The notes below the pieces were generated by a model. That model worked only from the letters and a program-made list of their open reading frames with translations, was not told where the DNA came from and made no database searches. This document shows positions 1 through 12,320 of a DNA stretch of 64,000 nt, in pieces. Positions within the stretch are counted from its first letter, which is position 1, and every line of letters starts with the position of its first letter. The position numbers and the translations under genes are program-made. Origin of the DNA: Haplodiscus bocki (Eukaryota); NCBI GenBank assembly GCA_965655095.1, contig OZ296648.1, positions 147,126,001 to 147,190,000 of the forward strand. The letters are read 5' to 3'.

Positions 1-3000
1 CGCCTGAGCTTCCGAAGTTGTGTCCCTTGAAGCATTAGTTAAAAATTCAATCAGGTAACCACTCAAACTTTGTAAAGCATTGTTGGACTTGTTATTACGG
101 GTTCTTCTCAAACAACAATGGGTTCTTCTGAAACATCACAAGCGTCATAGACTTCATGTTTAATTGGTCAGGCTCTATTGCCCCCAGGGATGACTCAAGA
201 GTGATCGACTACATGTCTATTCCGACTTTTCTTATTGGAAAGGTTTCATGAAGTTTTTTTCCAAACGTTTCGTTAGGTCTGTTGGCTTTTCGGGTAGAAA
301 ATTTGGCGCGGCGTTTGCTCTACCGGGGAATGTGTGCGTGAATTACGCTGTATGTATTAACTTTATCTAAAGAACTCCACTATGATTGGTAAAGTGAGTT
401 TGATTGGAAAAAAATTGTGAGTTTTTGTTATCAACTAGGAAAGGTACCACCTTTTCAACTCCACTAACAAACTGAGAGAACAATTTCAATGCAAAACAAA
501 GTGCGAGAAACTTTTTACAATCTAAAGCTATTTCCAACTGAGTTGCAGTAGATAACTCTCATTCGTTGGGGACAAGTGCATAGGCTCCTTTTCTGCCTTT
601 TTTTGTCCTAAGTAGTCTTGAATTGAAATGCAAACTGCTTACTATACGTACTTGCGTCACCCAAAATATTGGAAAGTTATTTGAGTTTGGCTACACAAAA
701 TTTAGTTTCTTTTGCTGTGAGCAAATGATTTTGTGTTGTCAAAACTCTGTGAATGCTCATCTTCTAGAAAAAAATCTACATCTATTCTAGGTAGATTATA
801 CCATGACATCGACTTTTGTGCTAAGTTGGGCAGCAAAGAAATACAAAGATCTTTTAATTAACCCACTAGTCTCTTCACGTGTTTCATAGTAAATGGGAGT
901 TTGATTGAGAACAAAAATGTTTCAATGTTTACAACCTCTGGTGTCAATCCTTCCAGTATTATCAAGTTGCCGAGAAAAAAATTCGATGTCATTCTAAGTT
1001 GAAATTTGTGGGATGTCAACTTTAATGCTGTTTTCCTCATCAACCAATCAAAGATTTGACTAAGCGTGGGGACCGCTTGTTCAAATGTTTCCACTCCACA
1101 TTGGATCTGGTCCATGAATCTTGTACATTTGATTGCTGGTGGACAGGAGTGTAGATAGGATCTGACAAAAGATCTAAATCCTGTGATCGTTTTGTTTAAT
1201 TCTTGCGCCTTTGTCGTGTAGGCGTAAACCCGTGCAACAAACTTGAACAAAAGCAATTGCAGTCATAATGGGTCTCTTTTTTGTGCACATTGACATACCT
1301 GAGAACAATGCAACTTGGTAAACAGATTCTATGCCGCAAAATGATGAACGGAGTCGGTCATATTTGAAATTGGAACGTTGTTGTTACTGTAATCAATTCG
1401 AAGGAGGAGATTAACTCGTCTAAGGCCGACTAAATTTCACAATAATCCTGATTGCCTTCGTTGAGCGAAAATAGGACAATTGATTTTGATTTCCGGTAGA
1501 AGTAACACAATTCCGTAAATTTTCATTAGAGCAAGTCCATCTGAGATTTCATCTCTCAAGTGAATTGGGCTTGGCGGACTTTGAAAGTAAAATGATATTT
1601 AATGCGCTGGACTTACTTTGATTTTCATTTCTGTGTTACAACCAACATCAAATCTATGTTTTCCAAAACTATCAGTAATTTCGACTAATGTTTCTTGCAT
1701 GGGTTCAATCGGTTCTGCTCTTAGTACAGATTTTGACGAAAAAAATTGATGTGCAATTGTCTCAGTCTTCCAAATTTTTTGAGGTTCTAGAATATCCCTT
1801 GTTTGTAATTGTGTGATGTTGTCATAATATCTTCCCTGTCGTGTTTCCAGGATTCGGACACGTTTCCGGTGTTGGAAACCAGATTATATTGTAGTCCGGT
1901 GGTGCATGCTTTGCTTCACTTTTGCCAAGTTTTTTGCATGTGTTCAATTATCGATTTTTGCGGTTACAAAAAATTCCACTTTTTGTTTTACCAATGGATA
2001 ATAAGTTTGGTTCTATTTCAATCAATTTGTCTTCTTGTTGTGGTGAAACATTTTTGAAAACAGCAATTTGTTGACTTTTGTAAGGGTTACACCATGTTCA
2101 CTCGAAATAAAGGCAACAAATGACATTTTGTTGTTTTTTCCAACTTTGTTACTTTCAGTGGAGAACTCTAGAACTTCCTTGTTCTGAAATTGTTGATCTG
2201 TAGTCACAACTCCTGTATGACCTTTTAATTTTTTTGTGAACAACAATTTTTGCGTAAAGAATTTCTTTTCATAGAGGTTTGCACGCATTTTTGGCAGTAG
2301 ACAAACAGAATATTTGGTTTCTACAGTTTACTTGCTTCTTTGGCGGGGAGTTTTCGATCATTTAATTGGTAAGTCTTGTTCGGGAATTTAGGTGTGTTTC
2401 CTTCAGGGCATGTCTAAACATCAAAAATATTGAAAAGGGGGTTGTTTTAGACAACATTGCCAATCGAAGGCAAAAGTGAAAAACGTCGTCGAAATGATGC
2501 CCCTTATTGTTGAATTTGTCATCGAGTTGTGTCAAAACATTCAATGTACGTCTTGATGCTACTTTCCTGATTGAAAGTGATGGTTGTTGAATTTCTGAAA
2601 TCGGGTGCGATCATTGTTACTTCCACTCTTCGAAAATGTCTGATGGCATTGCATTTGCACAGGCTTTAGTATCAACGAGTGCTTTTCTGCGAACATCATT
2701 CTCAAGTTCCAATGGAATGTCACTCTAAGCTGCTGTAGTTTTTCAACTGCATTGGAAAAGGTTTCCCCTAGAATGTTTTGTGTCACTGACTCTATGAAAC
2801 TAGGGTAAAAAACTGGAACTTGAATTTCTTCTAGAGAACATAATTTATTTTTAAAAGGTTTGTACATAACTAGAGTACGTATTTTTGAATGACTGACTGA
2901 TTTGTGTAGCTTTAAGTGCTTTTTGGTCCACCTCTTGAACTATCTCTTCTTTTCGCCTGGCAACCTTGCGTTGTGTGCTTAGGATAACCACAGGTGTAAC

Positions 3001-3380
3001 AAAGTTTTTGGGATAATTCATTAATTTCAATGTGTCTGTCATAAGTTCCAGAATTTATTGTGGTTTCGTCTTTTGATGCATTTTGTGCAAGATTATCATT
3101 ACTAAATTTGATGGAGTTGTTATAGCAAGTGCTATAGTTTTTTGAAATTTCTCCCCGACAGTTTTTATTAAAGATATATCTTCCACATTTTTCTCCTCTC
3201 TAGTTTTGTCCTCTTTTGTGCAGTTACCTCTATGATTACCTCTCCCTCACTGGGTTTAATAATTATGCTGGTAGAGCTGCTCGGAATTGTTTGGAACTTG
3301 TTGGGAATTAGGTTTTTCGTTTGAAGCACTCAAGTTTGTTTTTAATGAGGGCTGATTTTGTGACTTCTTCATTGTCACGG
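1..3380 (-). mobile_element. Degenerate Ty3/Gypsy LTR retrotransposon gag-pol remnant; runs off the left window edge
   Basis: ORF 858-1256 (YTTKAQELNKTITGFRSFVRSYL...FMDQI...FFLGNLI) reads as a decayed RT core, with YMDD changed to FMDQ. KLHCSQ (LDCSQAYH-like) at ~1290-1320; RNase H-like GDAS motif at ~650; zinc-knuckle-like CYTCGYPKHTTQGC at ~2960-3000. Many stops and frameshifts. Possible PBS/LTR start at ~3440-3470. Confidence 0.8.
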
Positions 3381-4271
3381 TCGGAAAATTTTCTGTATTA
3401 TCACTACACTTCAATAGTAAAACAGTGAGTCAATCAGACGCGGAAGGTTGAAACACCCTTTTGTATTAAGATAGTGTATGGTGTTCCGACAACCGAATTG
3501 AGCTCAATTTGGTGTTCTGGGTAGGAAAACCTCTCTTGGCTCTTATGTTGATACCTGGGTCAAAGTGCCAAGATAAGGATCTTCGATACTGTGCGACCTT
3601 TTGGCACTACGAGGCCTTCGAAAGTACTCGATCACACATGAAAATACTAGGATACCTTTATCAAAAAAGTTCACCCCGAGATAAGATTCATCGCAACACA
3701 TGGTTCATTCCAATGTATTAGGAAACCCCAAGGTATAGAGTTTTCAGCACTGTGAGACTTTCGGCACTACCCGAAGATACCAGAATATTTCAAGATTGCC
3801 CAATTGATGGGGTTCCCCCCACGACAGAGTTCAATCCACAGTAAGGTTCGCGTTTTTGGTACTGTGAGGGTTGGAGTTCAGTCCAATGTATTGAGATATG
3901 CGTTTCGTGTACCAAAGATGTTACGTTTGGGTTGAATTGGGCCACGTTCTGTCCAGTAGTAAAGTGTGAGCAGAAATTGGGGGAAACGCGGGGTCCTCTC
4001 GGCTTGATTCGAACCTCTGACAAAGGAGACAGTACTTTTTTTGACAGGCCTGGACGATAAATTCATACGCGGGGGGCTTCTATTTAATAAAGGATTTGTG
4101 AACGTAGAGCAGTGGCGTACATTTTGTTACGCCTGCGAAGTTCTCATTACAACTGCGAATCCTTCATCAAGGGAGCTGACCATTTAAGGCTTGATTCTAT
4201 GTTAAGATTTTGAAAAAAGTCAGTTGGAGAGTATGTTTGTGAACAAACACCTGGTTTTTGAAGAATCTAAA

Positions 4272-7120
4272 CTTTAAATAGAGGAGTATGGATTCCATCT
4301 GACTCAACTGTTCACTTAGAAGAAAAGTAAAGCAGTCGTTTTTGTCTGACCGTTGTTTCCTAAAAACGGTTCTTCGTACCAAATCCACTATTGGTAGAAG
4401 TTAAATTTTCTGTTCCCTCCAATACTTTTCGATATCGATGCGTCTCCACTGTCTACAATTGGTAACTTTTTCACTCCTCTTCTGCTGAAAAAAAACTTTT
4501 GGTTTACAGAGTCGTTACAGCAATATGTCTGGTTACACAAACACAACAATTCAGTTCATCAAAAGTCATCCTTGAACAGTCCGGGTTTTTTTCATCATGT
4601 TTTTTTTGTGTTTAGCACAGCACCAGTGGGTGAAAAAATTGCTGCTAGCGTCTGCAGTGAACGAATCGCTACATTATGTACTACTCAGCAATTCCCACTC
4701 TTATGTTTCCTCACTTTTATGCAATCATACAATTCTTCTTCGGCTAGTGCTAAATACAGGGCATCAATATCCATCCCCCATATTTGTCAGTATCACAAAA
4801 GATTGCAAGATAAGCTGTGATACGGCTCTAACAATCTCAATTTAGCATACTGCAGGATTAAAAAGACCATCTTGATGGGTTCCTTATGTTCGATTACAGA
4901 TCCACCCAACCGAACCTCGTGAAGTTCGTCGTTGCTATGTCACAATCACTTGAACTGTTTTGTTGATGGCATCATGTGTCTTTTCATAATTCATACACCG
5001 TGTGACTGAATCACGACTGAGGTCCATGATTTTATAACCGTGCGAGATGCTAGCAAGCAACATCATAGTTTTTGCAACAAGACTACAGTTTGGATTCTCG
5101 TCCTCTTGACGACGATCATTAACAGTGGATTGCACAAACATGTTAAAACAGTTGATCGGATTGTATTCAACGAAGCGATAATCTTTTGTGCGTATAAATC
5201 CCAGCCCCAAAAAAACAGTGGTGTAATGATTGTACAATTGGTTAGTTTAAAGCTAGAATTTAAGGTCCGTCGTAGTTGGGACGCTAATTCTTCCTTCTCA
5301 GCGTACTCTTGCCTTAATGATCCAAAAATTTGTCTACAAACGTTTGTAATTTTGAAAAATATTGGGAAGTTTGCAAAGTTTTCTTTTTGATGTTCTGGAA
5401 GTTTCATATCACACTGTACGTCACCAAACATTTCAACTGATTTTGTTTTGTCCAATTAGTGGTCCTGACGCAATGAAGCCTGTATGGGATTGATACTCTC
5501 AAGTGTTCCTTCAGTGATGCATCAGTTTTTTTGGAGTTTCCACCGTTCACCTTCCCACATTTAGACATAGTGTAACCTTTTTCTTCGATATTTTGTTTCA
5601 ACATTTAATCCAGTTCCCTCTTTTTTGTTCCACGTTGAAAATTACTTTTTCATTTGGAGCAGGTTGTGTCTATTGACAACAACAGTAAAATTAGAAAAGA
5701 CACATTGTTTCAAACACTGTGTTGCAAAATCCACAAAAACCATATGTATTGAAGCAATCAAACTTTTTCTGAATTCCTGTTTTGTAAAAATTCTCAATTC
5801 TGCATTCCGGTCTCACTCGCTGAAAATGCAACATGACCATATCTTCGAAGCTTCCAGATTTGTCCTGACAGGGCTTGAATTTTTGTAAATCTGCATAGCT
5901 CCCATACTATGTGCAGAGTCCTGTAGGCGTAGGTTGACGCATTGAGTAAGAGTAAAGTTGGCCAACATCTGTTCCAATAGTCGATTTGCAAACACTTGTG
6001 GACTTGTGGATGTGAGTGTAGTCAATAACAGCTTTATTTGTAAACACTGATGATGGTTATTCAATCAATTGTTCTCAAAACTTTGAAAACAAATCTTCAT
6101 CGCTTCCTGTGAAGGGATAAGTATTTGCACTGGTGAAAATGTGCAGACAAAAGTTGGCCAGGTTAAGTAAAGTACATCCACGCTTGAGCATATCAATGCG
6201 TTTGTTGCTAAAAAAGTCGATCAGTTTTGCATAGCCTGTAATTTTGGTACAAGATGTTGTTAGTTTACCAGCGCAAAAAGTCTTTGAACGTCTGCATTTT
6301 TTGCTGCTCCCACACCTCGTGCAAATAGGAATAGTTGTCTGCTCCTGTAGGTGATATTTCAGAAAATCTCAGCTTGACCGGGGCAACTTCTGTCGTCAAA
6401 CGAATACTGATCAGCTTTTCGACGTCTAGTTACTCCTTTTCAAGAAAGCTGCAATTCCGTAGTTTGTTGTGAATGGCTGTGTATGAAGGTAGTTCTTTGT
6501 TGTTCAGTTTATCTGGGTGGTTCAACCGCTACTATGAAAAAAAATCTTGACAACTTTGAAGACTTGTAGGCTTTCAGGATTGAATCAAGATTGGTAGCAT
6601 TTCTGAAAAACTGGAAATTGTCAAGAAATTGAACTTTACCATTTTTGAACGAGACAAATTGCTTGGCTTTTTTAACAGCATTGGGTTCAGATAACGTTCG
6701 TTTACGAGAAGAGTTGGTAAGCAACTCTTGATTAGGTTGATATCATACCTCGCACTGTTGAACCCAAAGACTGGTAAGTTTTGCAATATCACTCAAAATA
6801 TATTGATCCTCCGATGAAATGACAGTGTGTCTGTGAAAATCAATCCAATGGAACAATCGCTTTTAGTGAGGAGAAACGTTGACGGAAAAAGATACTCAAT
6901 TGAGTCAAATCCACCTGATAAATAGGCAGATTGTCTGAAAAAAAATTTTAATCATTCATTTTTTCGTTTCAACTGTCAATCAAAAAGAATTCCATCAAAA
7001 GAAAAACGTTCGTTTCCAAAATTGAATTTCTAGTCCACATTTTGAACGTTTACGATCACAGACTCCTTGAATTATCGATGTAAACTGATGCCTTACTCCA
7101 ACAAAAGGATCGTATGGAAC
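4272..7120 (-). pseudogene. Polinton/Maverick (adintovirus-type) protein-primed DNA polymerase B, frameshifted (left-arm copy)
   Basis: Fragments across frames: LPVFGFNSARYDINLIKS (ExoII), KKAKQFVSFK..VQFLD..LDSILKAYK, DVQCDMKLPEHQKENFANFPIFFK, VAKTMMLLASISHGY (decayed KLxxNSxYG motif B), MDIDALYLAL (decayed DTDS motif C). Confidence 0.9.
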
Positions 7121-7286
7121 CCAGTAATTTTTTTGAATACTATACTACTGTTTTTATTGTATAAAACTACACAAATCAAGAAGGATCCTAACTCAAAAAA
7201 AAGGTCTCCAAAAACTGATAAATTTTCGAAACGTGATGTCCTGTAATTTTTTAAAACAATTTCTGGCGTGATTAGAAATTCTAGAT

Positions 7287-7544
7287 TCAAAATCTAATTT
7301 TTGTTTTGTTTTTCGGATTCTCACTGAATGAATGGTCGCCTTCCCAATATTCAAAACAACTTGTAGCACAGAACAGATTTACAGAAACAGTTTTATTGTT
7401 TTTCGCATAACAGTTGGCAAACTCTTGTAACATAACAGCAACCACTTGATTGTTTAATGGGTTTTCTGAATAAATTACTGGCAAAGAAACAAAACAGTCA
7501 CAGAAATTATTACTGATTCCCAAAAAAGGGATCACCTTCCACAT
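7287..7544 (-). pseudogene. Small unknown ORF upstream of pPolB; disrupted mirror copy at ~14750-15010 (+)
   Basis: 85-aa ATG ORF in the left arm. The mirror copy is frameshifted in T-runs. No recognisable motif. Confidence 0.3.
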
Positions 7545-7718
7545 TTGGAATTTGTTGTGTCTTTGACCAAAAAAGGTATGATTTTCCTTTTACGGTAGGT
7601 CTGAATTGGTTAAAATCTTATAAAAGCAGCAACTTGCTACTCTGAAAAATCATTCTTTGAAAATCGTTCTGAAAAACAGCAACTCGCCTTTTTCAGCTAC
7701 TAACGTACCCAACCACTG

Positions 7719-8309
7719 GTGAATTTTTTCACCAATACCTGCGGACAATCACAATTCAGTGCTCAACCCTTGTCGAAATTGAGCAATTTTTCCTTTCTTT
7801 TGCATGAAGCGATCTACAAAAATAATAAAACCCAAGCATTTCCTTATGATCCTACAGAGGTTGCACTTGAATCTATTTTGCGCCCGGAAGTTGATTTTAT
7901 ATCAAATTGTGGTCATATGTTCAAGATGACGATTTCTTCAGATGACATGATGCACTTCATTGATAAGGAAAATATCGTGACCTATGCAGAGTTTGGTTGT
8001 GGTTTCAGTTTTTACCACAAAACTGCCGTTAATGTTGAACAGATCAACCGAGAATGGAAAAACATTGCCAGATCCTTTGAAAAGCCCATGTATTTTCCAA
8101 AAAGCGATGAACATAACTGTTCTATTGATACCTCTAAAGAGCATATATCTAAAATTTTTCTGAGCCCGCCCATTTTTGGGGACATGGATTTGGCAGCTCT
8201 TATGACACTCAACCACACTACGGATGGGGATTCTATGTCCAATCAAAATCTTCAAACAATGACTAACAAGCATATAACAGAATTATATTCGGTGTTTTAT
8301 TCATTGTGA
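7719..8309 (+). CDS. Unknown ~196-aa ORF divergent from pPolB, probably a Polinton accessory gene
   Basis: Open 196-codon frame with non-repetitive, protein-like composition. It stays open in the mirror copy despite substitutions. GTG start; first in-frame ATG at ~7917. Confidence 0.5.
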   Translation: MNFFTNTCGQSQFSAQPLSKLSNFSFLLHEAIYKNNKTQAFPYDPTEVALESILRPEVDFISNCGHMFKMTISSDDMMHFIDKENIVTYAEFGCGFSFYHKTAVNVEQINREWKNIARSFEKPMYFPKSDEHNCSIDTSKEHISKIFLSPPIFGDMDLAALMTLNHTTDGDSMSNQNLQTMTNKHITELYSVFYSL

Positions 8310-8620
8310 CCAATGGACATTAAAATTGAAAGGATTGCGCGTCAGCTTTGCATTCTTTCAAAAAAAATTACCAGGCGGACCACTGAAGGAAGTTGTTGGT
8401 ACGGTTGAAAAGGTGAGTGGTCTTTGGAAGCCCGGAGCAATGGATGGAGTTCCACCGTCTGTGAGGAGCTTTAGTTGTATTAGAGTGTAGTTGTTTGTTT
8501 TTTCTGTTTGATTTCTATTGTGTGCTGGTGCATCGTTTTTGTTGTTTTCTGAGAAGTAACTTTTTTGTTCTTTTGTTTGATGATTTTGAGTCAGAAGTTT
8601 TACTTCATCAACAACTACTA

Positions 8621-9011
8621 CGTAAGGTAACACTTCCATAAGCAGTCGATGCCGCAGCTTGTCTTAGTTTTTTTGCAGAAGTTCACCCCACAGTGATACA
8701 TAGGTGCATACCCTCCTCAGCCTCCACTCTCTAAACTTACTTCAATACTTGTACAGATCGGCTCTCTGCCTCATCATATTACGTGACATCATCATTAAAG
8801 AGTCACAAAGTCCTTTTTATTTTTTCCTAGACATTGCGAAGCCCATATTCTTTAATAGAACAATGTGGAATATCATTCCCTATCTAATCATATTAATGAG
8901 CACACTCGGGTCAGATTGGTTGTCCGAAAACACCTAGTGCCGTTGATCACAAGTGGGAAAGACAAAGACTATCTTAACACAAACACTAGACTAACTAAAC
9001 CCCTCCTTACA
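8621..9011. mobile_element. Probable solo LTR (~390 bp), left arm
   Basis: Inverted termini cgtaagg...ccttaca (canonical TG..CA with one decayed base). No TSD visible. Confidence 0.55.
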
Positions 9012-9460
9012 TTGAATCATTGCCGAAATGTGTCCTAATTTGATGAACGCAATAAGACCTGGCAACCTGCCAACCAAATAGACTTAAAATCTGACACCTT
9101 TCAAACCAATTCAATTCAATGACTTAGGTCTCTCGAAAAAGTTGATACAAAATATGACACGTTGTAGAACTTTTGTTTGAAAACTGACACGTTGTAAAGT
9201 TTTCATTTCAAAGAAAAATTTACAAAAAAATTGCCTTTCAAATTTCTGGTTGTTAATGAAAATATTTGTTTCGCAATCATGTTTTCTAAAAAAGCAAGAA
9301 AACTAAAAAAATTGTTGCTTCTAATGAGTAAATTGTGTTAAAATGTGATTTTTCAGATCCAATTCTTGGTTTGAAACGTGACTTTTTTCAGAAAATTGAA
9401 CAATAAATATGATTTTTTTTAAAAAAATTCTTTTCAAAAATAGACAGGACGGAAAGTTTT

Positions 9461-9790
9461 CAATTCAAAAGCAAACGATCTGTTCTTTTTCCAACTATAA
9501 ATCTGACACTTTGTAACATCTTTATTTCAAAATCTGACTAGCTGTCAAAAATATTTCTCCCAAATCTGATTTTCAACTTGTTTTCCAGGTTCTGAATCAG
9601 TGATCATGTCTCTTGTCAACGTTAATACCAAACTGTTGTAAAGAGGAGAATTACAAGATATTGTCTGTTACAGAATTAGTCGCTAGACGCACGACAAAAA
9701 GCAGACACACGACAATTCTCTTCTCAATTTGAGAGGACTAAATTTGTGAAAATTCACAATTTTCACAGGGACCTTGGATAGAACTCTATG
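9461..9790 (+). repeat. ~320-bp dispersed repeat, 4 copies (9461-9790 +, 10684-10994 +, 11084-11415 -, 12508-12836 -)
   Basis: Begins caattcaaaagcaaacgatctgttctttttccaactataaatctgac and contains aaatctgac sub-repeats that also occur at 9085-9200. The two inner copies face each other at the palindrome centre. Confidence 0.85.
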
Positions 9791-9979
9791 TAGCATAAAA
9801 TCTAGCAGACTGACTCGCTCTAACCTACATTGGAACATAGGAACCTCCGTCCTAGGCAACAGATCTTGGAGTTTTTTGGGTGACTTAATACTCGAGTCTG
9901 GTTGGCTGCCGACAACATTTCGCAAAAACCGACAGCAATGTTTTGAGCGAGGCCGAAGTTCGACAGTGTGTTGAAATTT

Positions 9980-10420
9980 TGTATAGCTCAGTATTGTAGT
10001 AGAGCAACGTGTACGTTAGTAATGTTTTTACGTTGCTAAGGGCGTCGCATTCTATTAGGCTCAGATATACCTGAGCTAGGTTATAAGATTGGCAAAAGTT
10101 CAGCAGTGTAATTAACCAGAGTATACGTCAGCAATGTTTTAAGATTGGGAGTAGCTCCGCAATGTAATAAACCTGGGAAAAGCTAAGCAATATAATAAGG
10201 CAAAATATACCTCAGAAAACCTAAACGATTGGGAAGAGCTCAGGAACGTAATAGTACACGGTATTCGTCAGCAGTGATCCAAAGTTGGGAATTGCTCAGC
10301 AACGTAATAAAATAGGGTATACCTCTGCATTGTAAAAATGTTGGCTATAGCTCAACAATGTCAAATGGATGGCAGGGTATACCACATCAAAGGATTAAGA
10401 TAGCGTACACTCCCGACCAA
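9980..10420. repeat. Degenerate ~28-bp minisatellite (consensus approx. gggtatagctcagcaatgtaataagatt)
   Basis: Successive units such as gggagtagctccgcaatgtaataaacct, gggaaaagctaagcaatataataaggc, gggaattgctcagcaacgtaataaaata. Confidence 0.75.
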
Positions 10421-11739
10421 TTTAATAAGGCAGGGTTTATTTCGGCACTGTAATTACGTATGATATGGATTTGGGTGCCCAAGTCGTTGGCTTGAGACAA
10501 GGTTAGGTATCCGGCAAAAACCGAACGCGTAAGACTGTCAAAGTCTTACAAGGTACAAATGGACCCAAGTTTAAAAAAGCACCAAAAAAGTAACAGTTGT
10601 AGCCTTTACAGAGTATATTGAGTCCGAACGTGGTTTTTCAGATGTAACTTTTTATTCGAAATGTTTTTTTTTGAAAAATACGCCAATTCAAAAGCAAACG
10701 ATCTGTTCTTTTTCCAACTATAAATCTGACATTTTGTAACATCTTTAATTTCGAAATCTGACTCGATGTCAAAAATTTTTATCCCAAGTCTGATTTTCAT
10801 CTCTTTTTCCAGGTTCTGAGTCAGTGATCATGTCTATTGTCAATGTTAATACCAAACTGCTGTAAAGAGGAGAAGTGAAAGAAGTTGTGTGTTTTGAATT
10901 TCGTCAGTAGATGTACGACAAAGAGAAAACACACGTCAAATGTCCACTCAATTTGAGAGGAACAACGTCAAAACATCACACAATTTTCACAGAAAAGGAT
11001 AGAGGTTTAACTGAGGTGCGTTTTTTTCAAAGATGGACAGTGGTGTATTTTGAGAAAAACTGTTGATCTGCAAGATGTTATTGTCCACAGAGTTCTGTTC
11101 AAGGCTTCTGTGAAAAATGTGTGATGTTTTGACGTTGTTCCTTTCAATTTGAGTGGACTTTTGACGTGTGGTTGCTCTTTGTCGTACATCTACTGACTAA
11201 GTTTAAAGCAGACAAATCTTTCCACTTCTCCTCTTTACAGCAGTTTGGTATTAACGTTGACAGTAGGCAAGATCACTGATTCAGAACCTGGAAAACAAGT
11301 TGAAAATCAGATTTGAGTTAAAAATTTTTGACATTGAGTCAGATTTTGAAATAAACATGTTACAAAATGTCAGATTTATAGTTGGAAAAATAACAGATCG
11401 TTTGCTTTTGAATTGGCGTTTTTTCGTCCCGGTTGGTTTTGAAAAAAGCTTTTGGATAAAAATCAGATTTTGAGTTGATATTTTTCAAAAATAGACATTT
11501 TGAACAAAAAGTTACATCTGACAAATCACGTTTGGACTCAATATACTCTGTAAAGGCTACAACTGTTACTTTTTTGGTGTTTTTTAAACTTGGCTCCATT
11601 TGTGCATCTTAAGACATTGACGGTCTTATGTTTTCGGTTTTTGCCGGAAACCTAACTTTATCTCAAGCCAACGACTTGGGCACCCAAATCCATACGATAC
11701 ATAATTACAGTGCTGAAGTAAATCCTGCCTTAGTAAATT

Positions 11740-12320
11740 GGTCGGGAGTGTACGCTATCCTAATCTTTTGATGAAGTATACCCTGCCATCCATTTGACAT
11801 TGTTGAGCTATAGCCAACATTTTTACAATGCAGAGGTATACCCTATTTTATTACGTTGCTGAGCAATTCCCAATCTTGGATCACTGCTGACGAATACCGT
11901 GTACTATTACGTTCCTGAGCTCTTCCCAATCGTTTAGGTTTTCTGAGGTATATTTTGCCTGATTATATTGCTTAGCTTTTCCCAGGTTTATTACATTGCG
12001 GAGCTACTCCCAATCTTAAAACATTGCTGACGTATACTCTGGTTAATTACACTGCTGAACTTTTGCCAATCTTTGGGTTTTCTGAGGTATATTTTGCCTG
12101 ATTATATTGCTTAGCTTTTCCCAGATTCATTACATTGCGGAACTACTCCCAATCTTAAAACATTGCTGACGTATATTCTGGTTTATTACACTGCCGAACT
12201 GTTGCTAATCTTAAAACATAGCTCAGGTATATGTGAGCCTAATAGAATGCGACGCCCTTAGCAACGTAAAAACATTACTAACGTACACCCTGCTCTACTA
12301 CAATACTGAGCTATACAAAA
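11740..12320. repeat. Mirror copy of the 28-bp minisatellite with an extra 139-bp (~5-unit) duplication
   Basis: ttctgaggtatattttgcctgattatattgc occurs at 11941 and at 12080. Confidence 0.8.

Larger units (their letters stand above)
3610..10994. repeat. Left arm of a ~15-kb imperfect inverted duplication (palindrome)
   Basis: Mirror ORF pairs with constant coordinate sums (~22294-22297): 5063-5455(-)/16839-17231(+), 5625-5888(+)/16406-16669(-), 7719-8309(+)/14009-14578(-), 9683-9925(-)/12372-12614(+). Reverse-complement similarity is traceable out to ~3.6 kb/18.6 kb. Confidence 0.95.

Noticed and set aside
9683-9974. Overlapping ORFs conserved in both arms (with 12323-12614)
   Set aside because: Short, non-ATG starts, and conservation is explained by the DNA duplication.
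9980-10420. CRISPR or tRNA-like repeats (gggtatagctcag resembles a tRNA 5' end)
   Set aside because: Degenerate ~28-bp tandem units; no spacers, no cloverleaf and no B-box.
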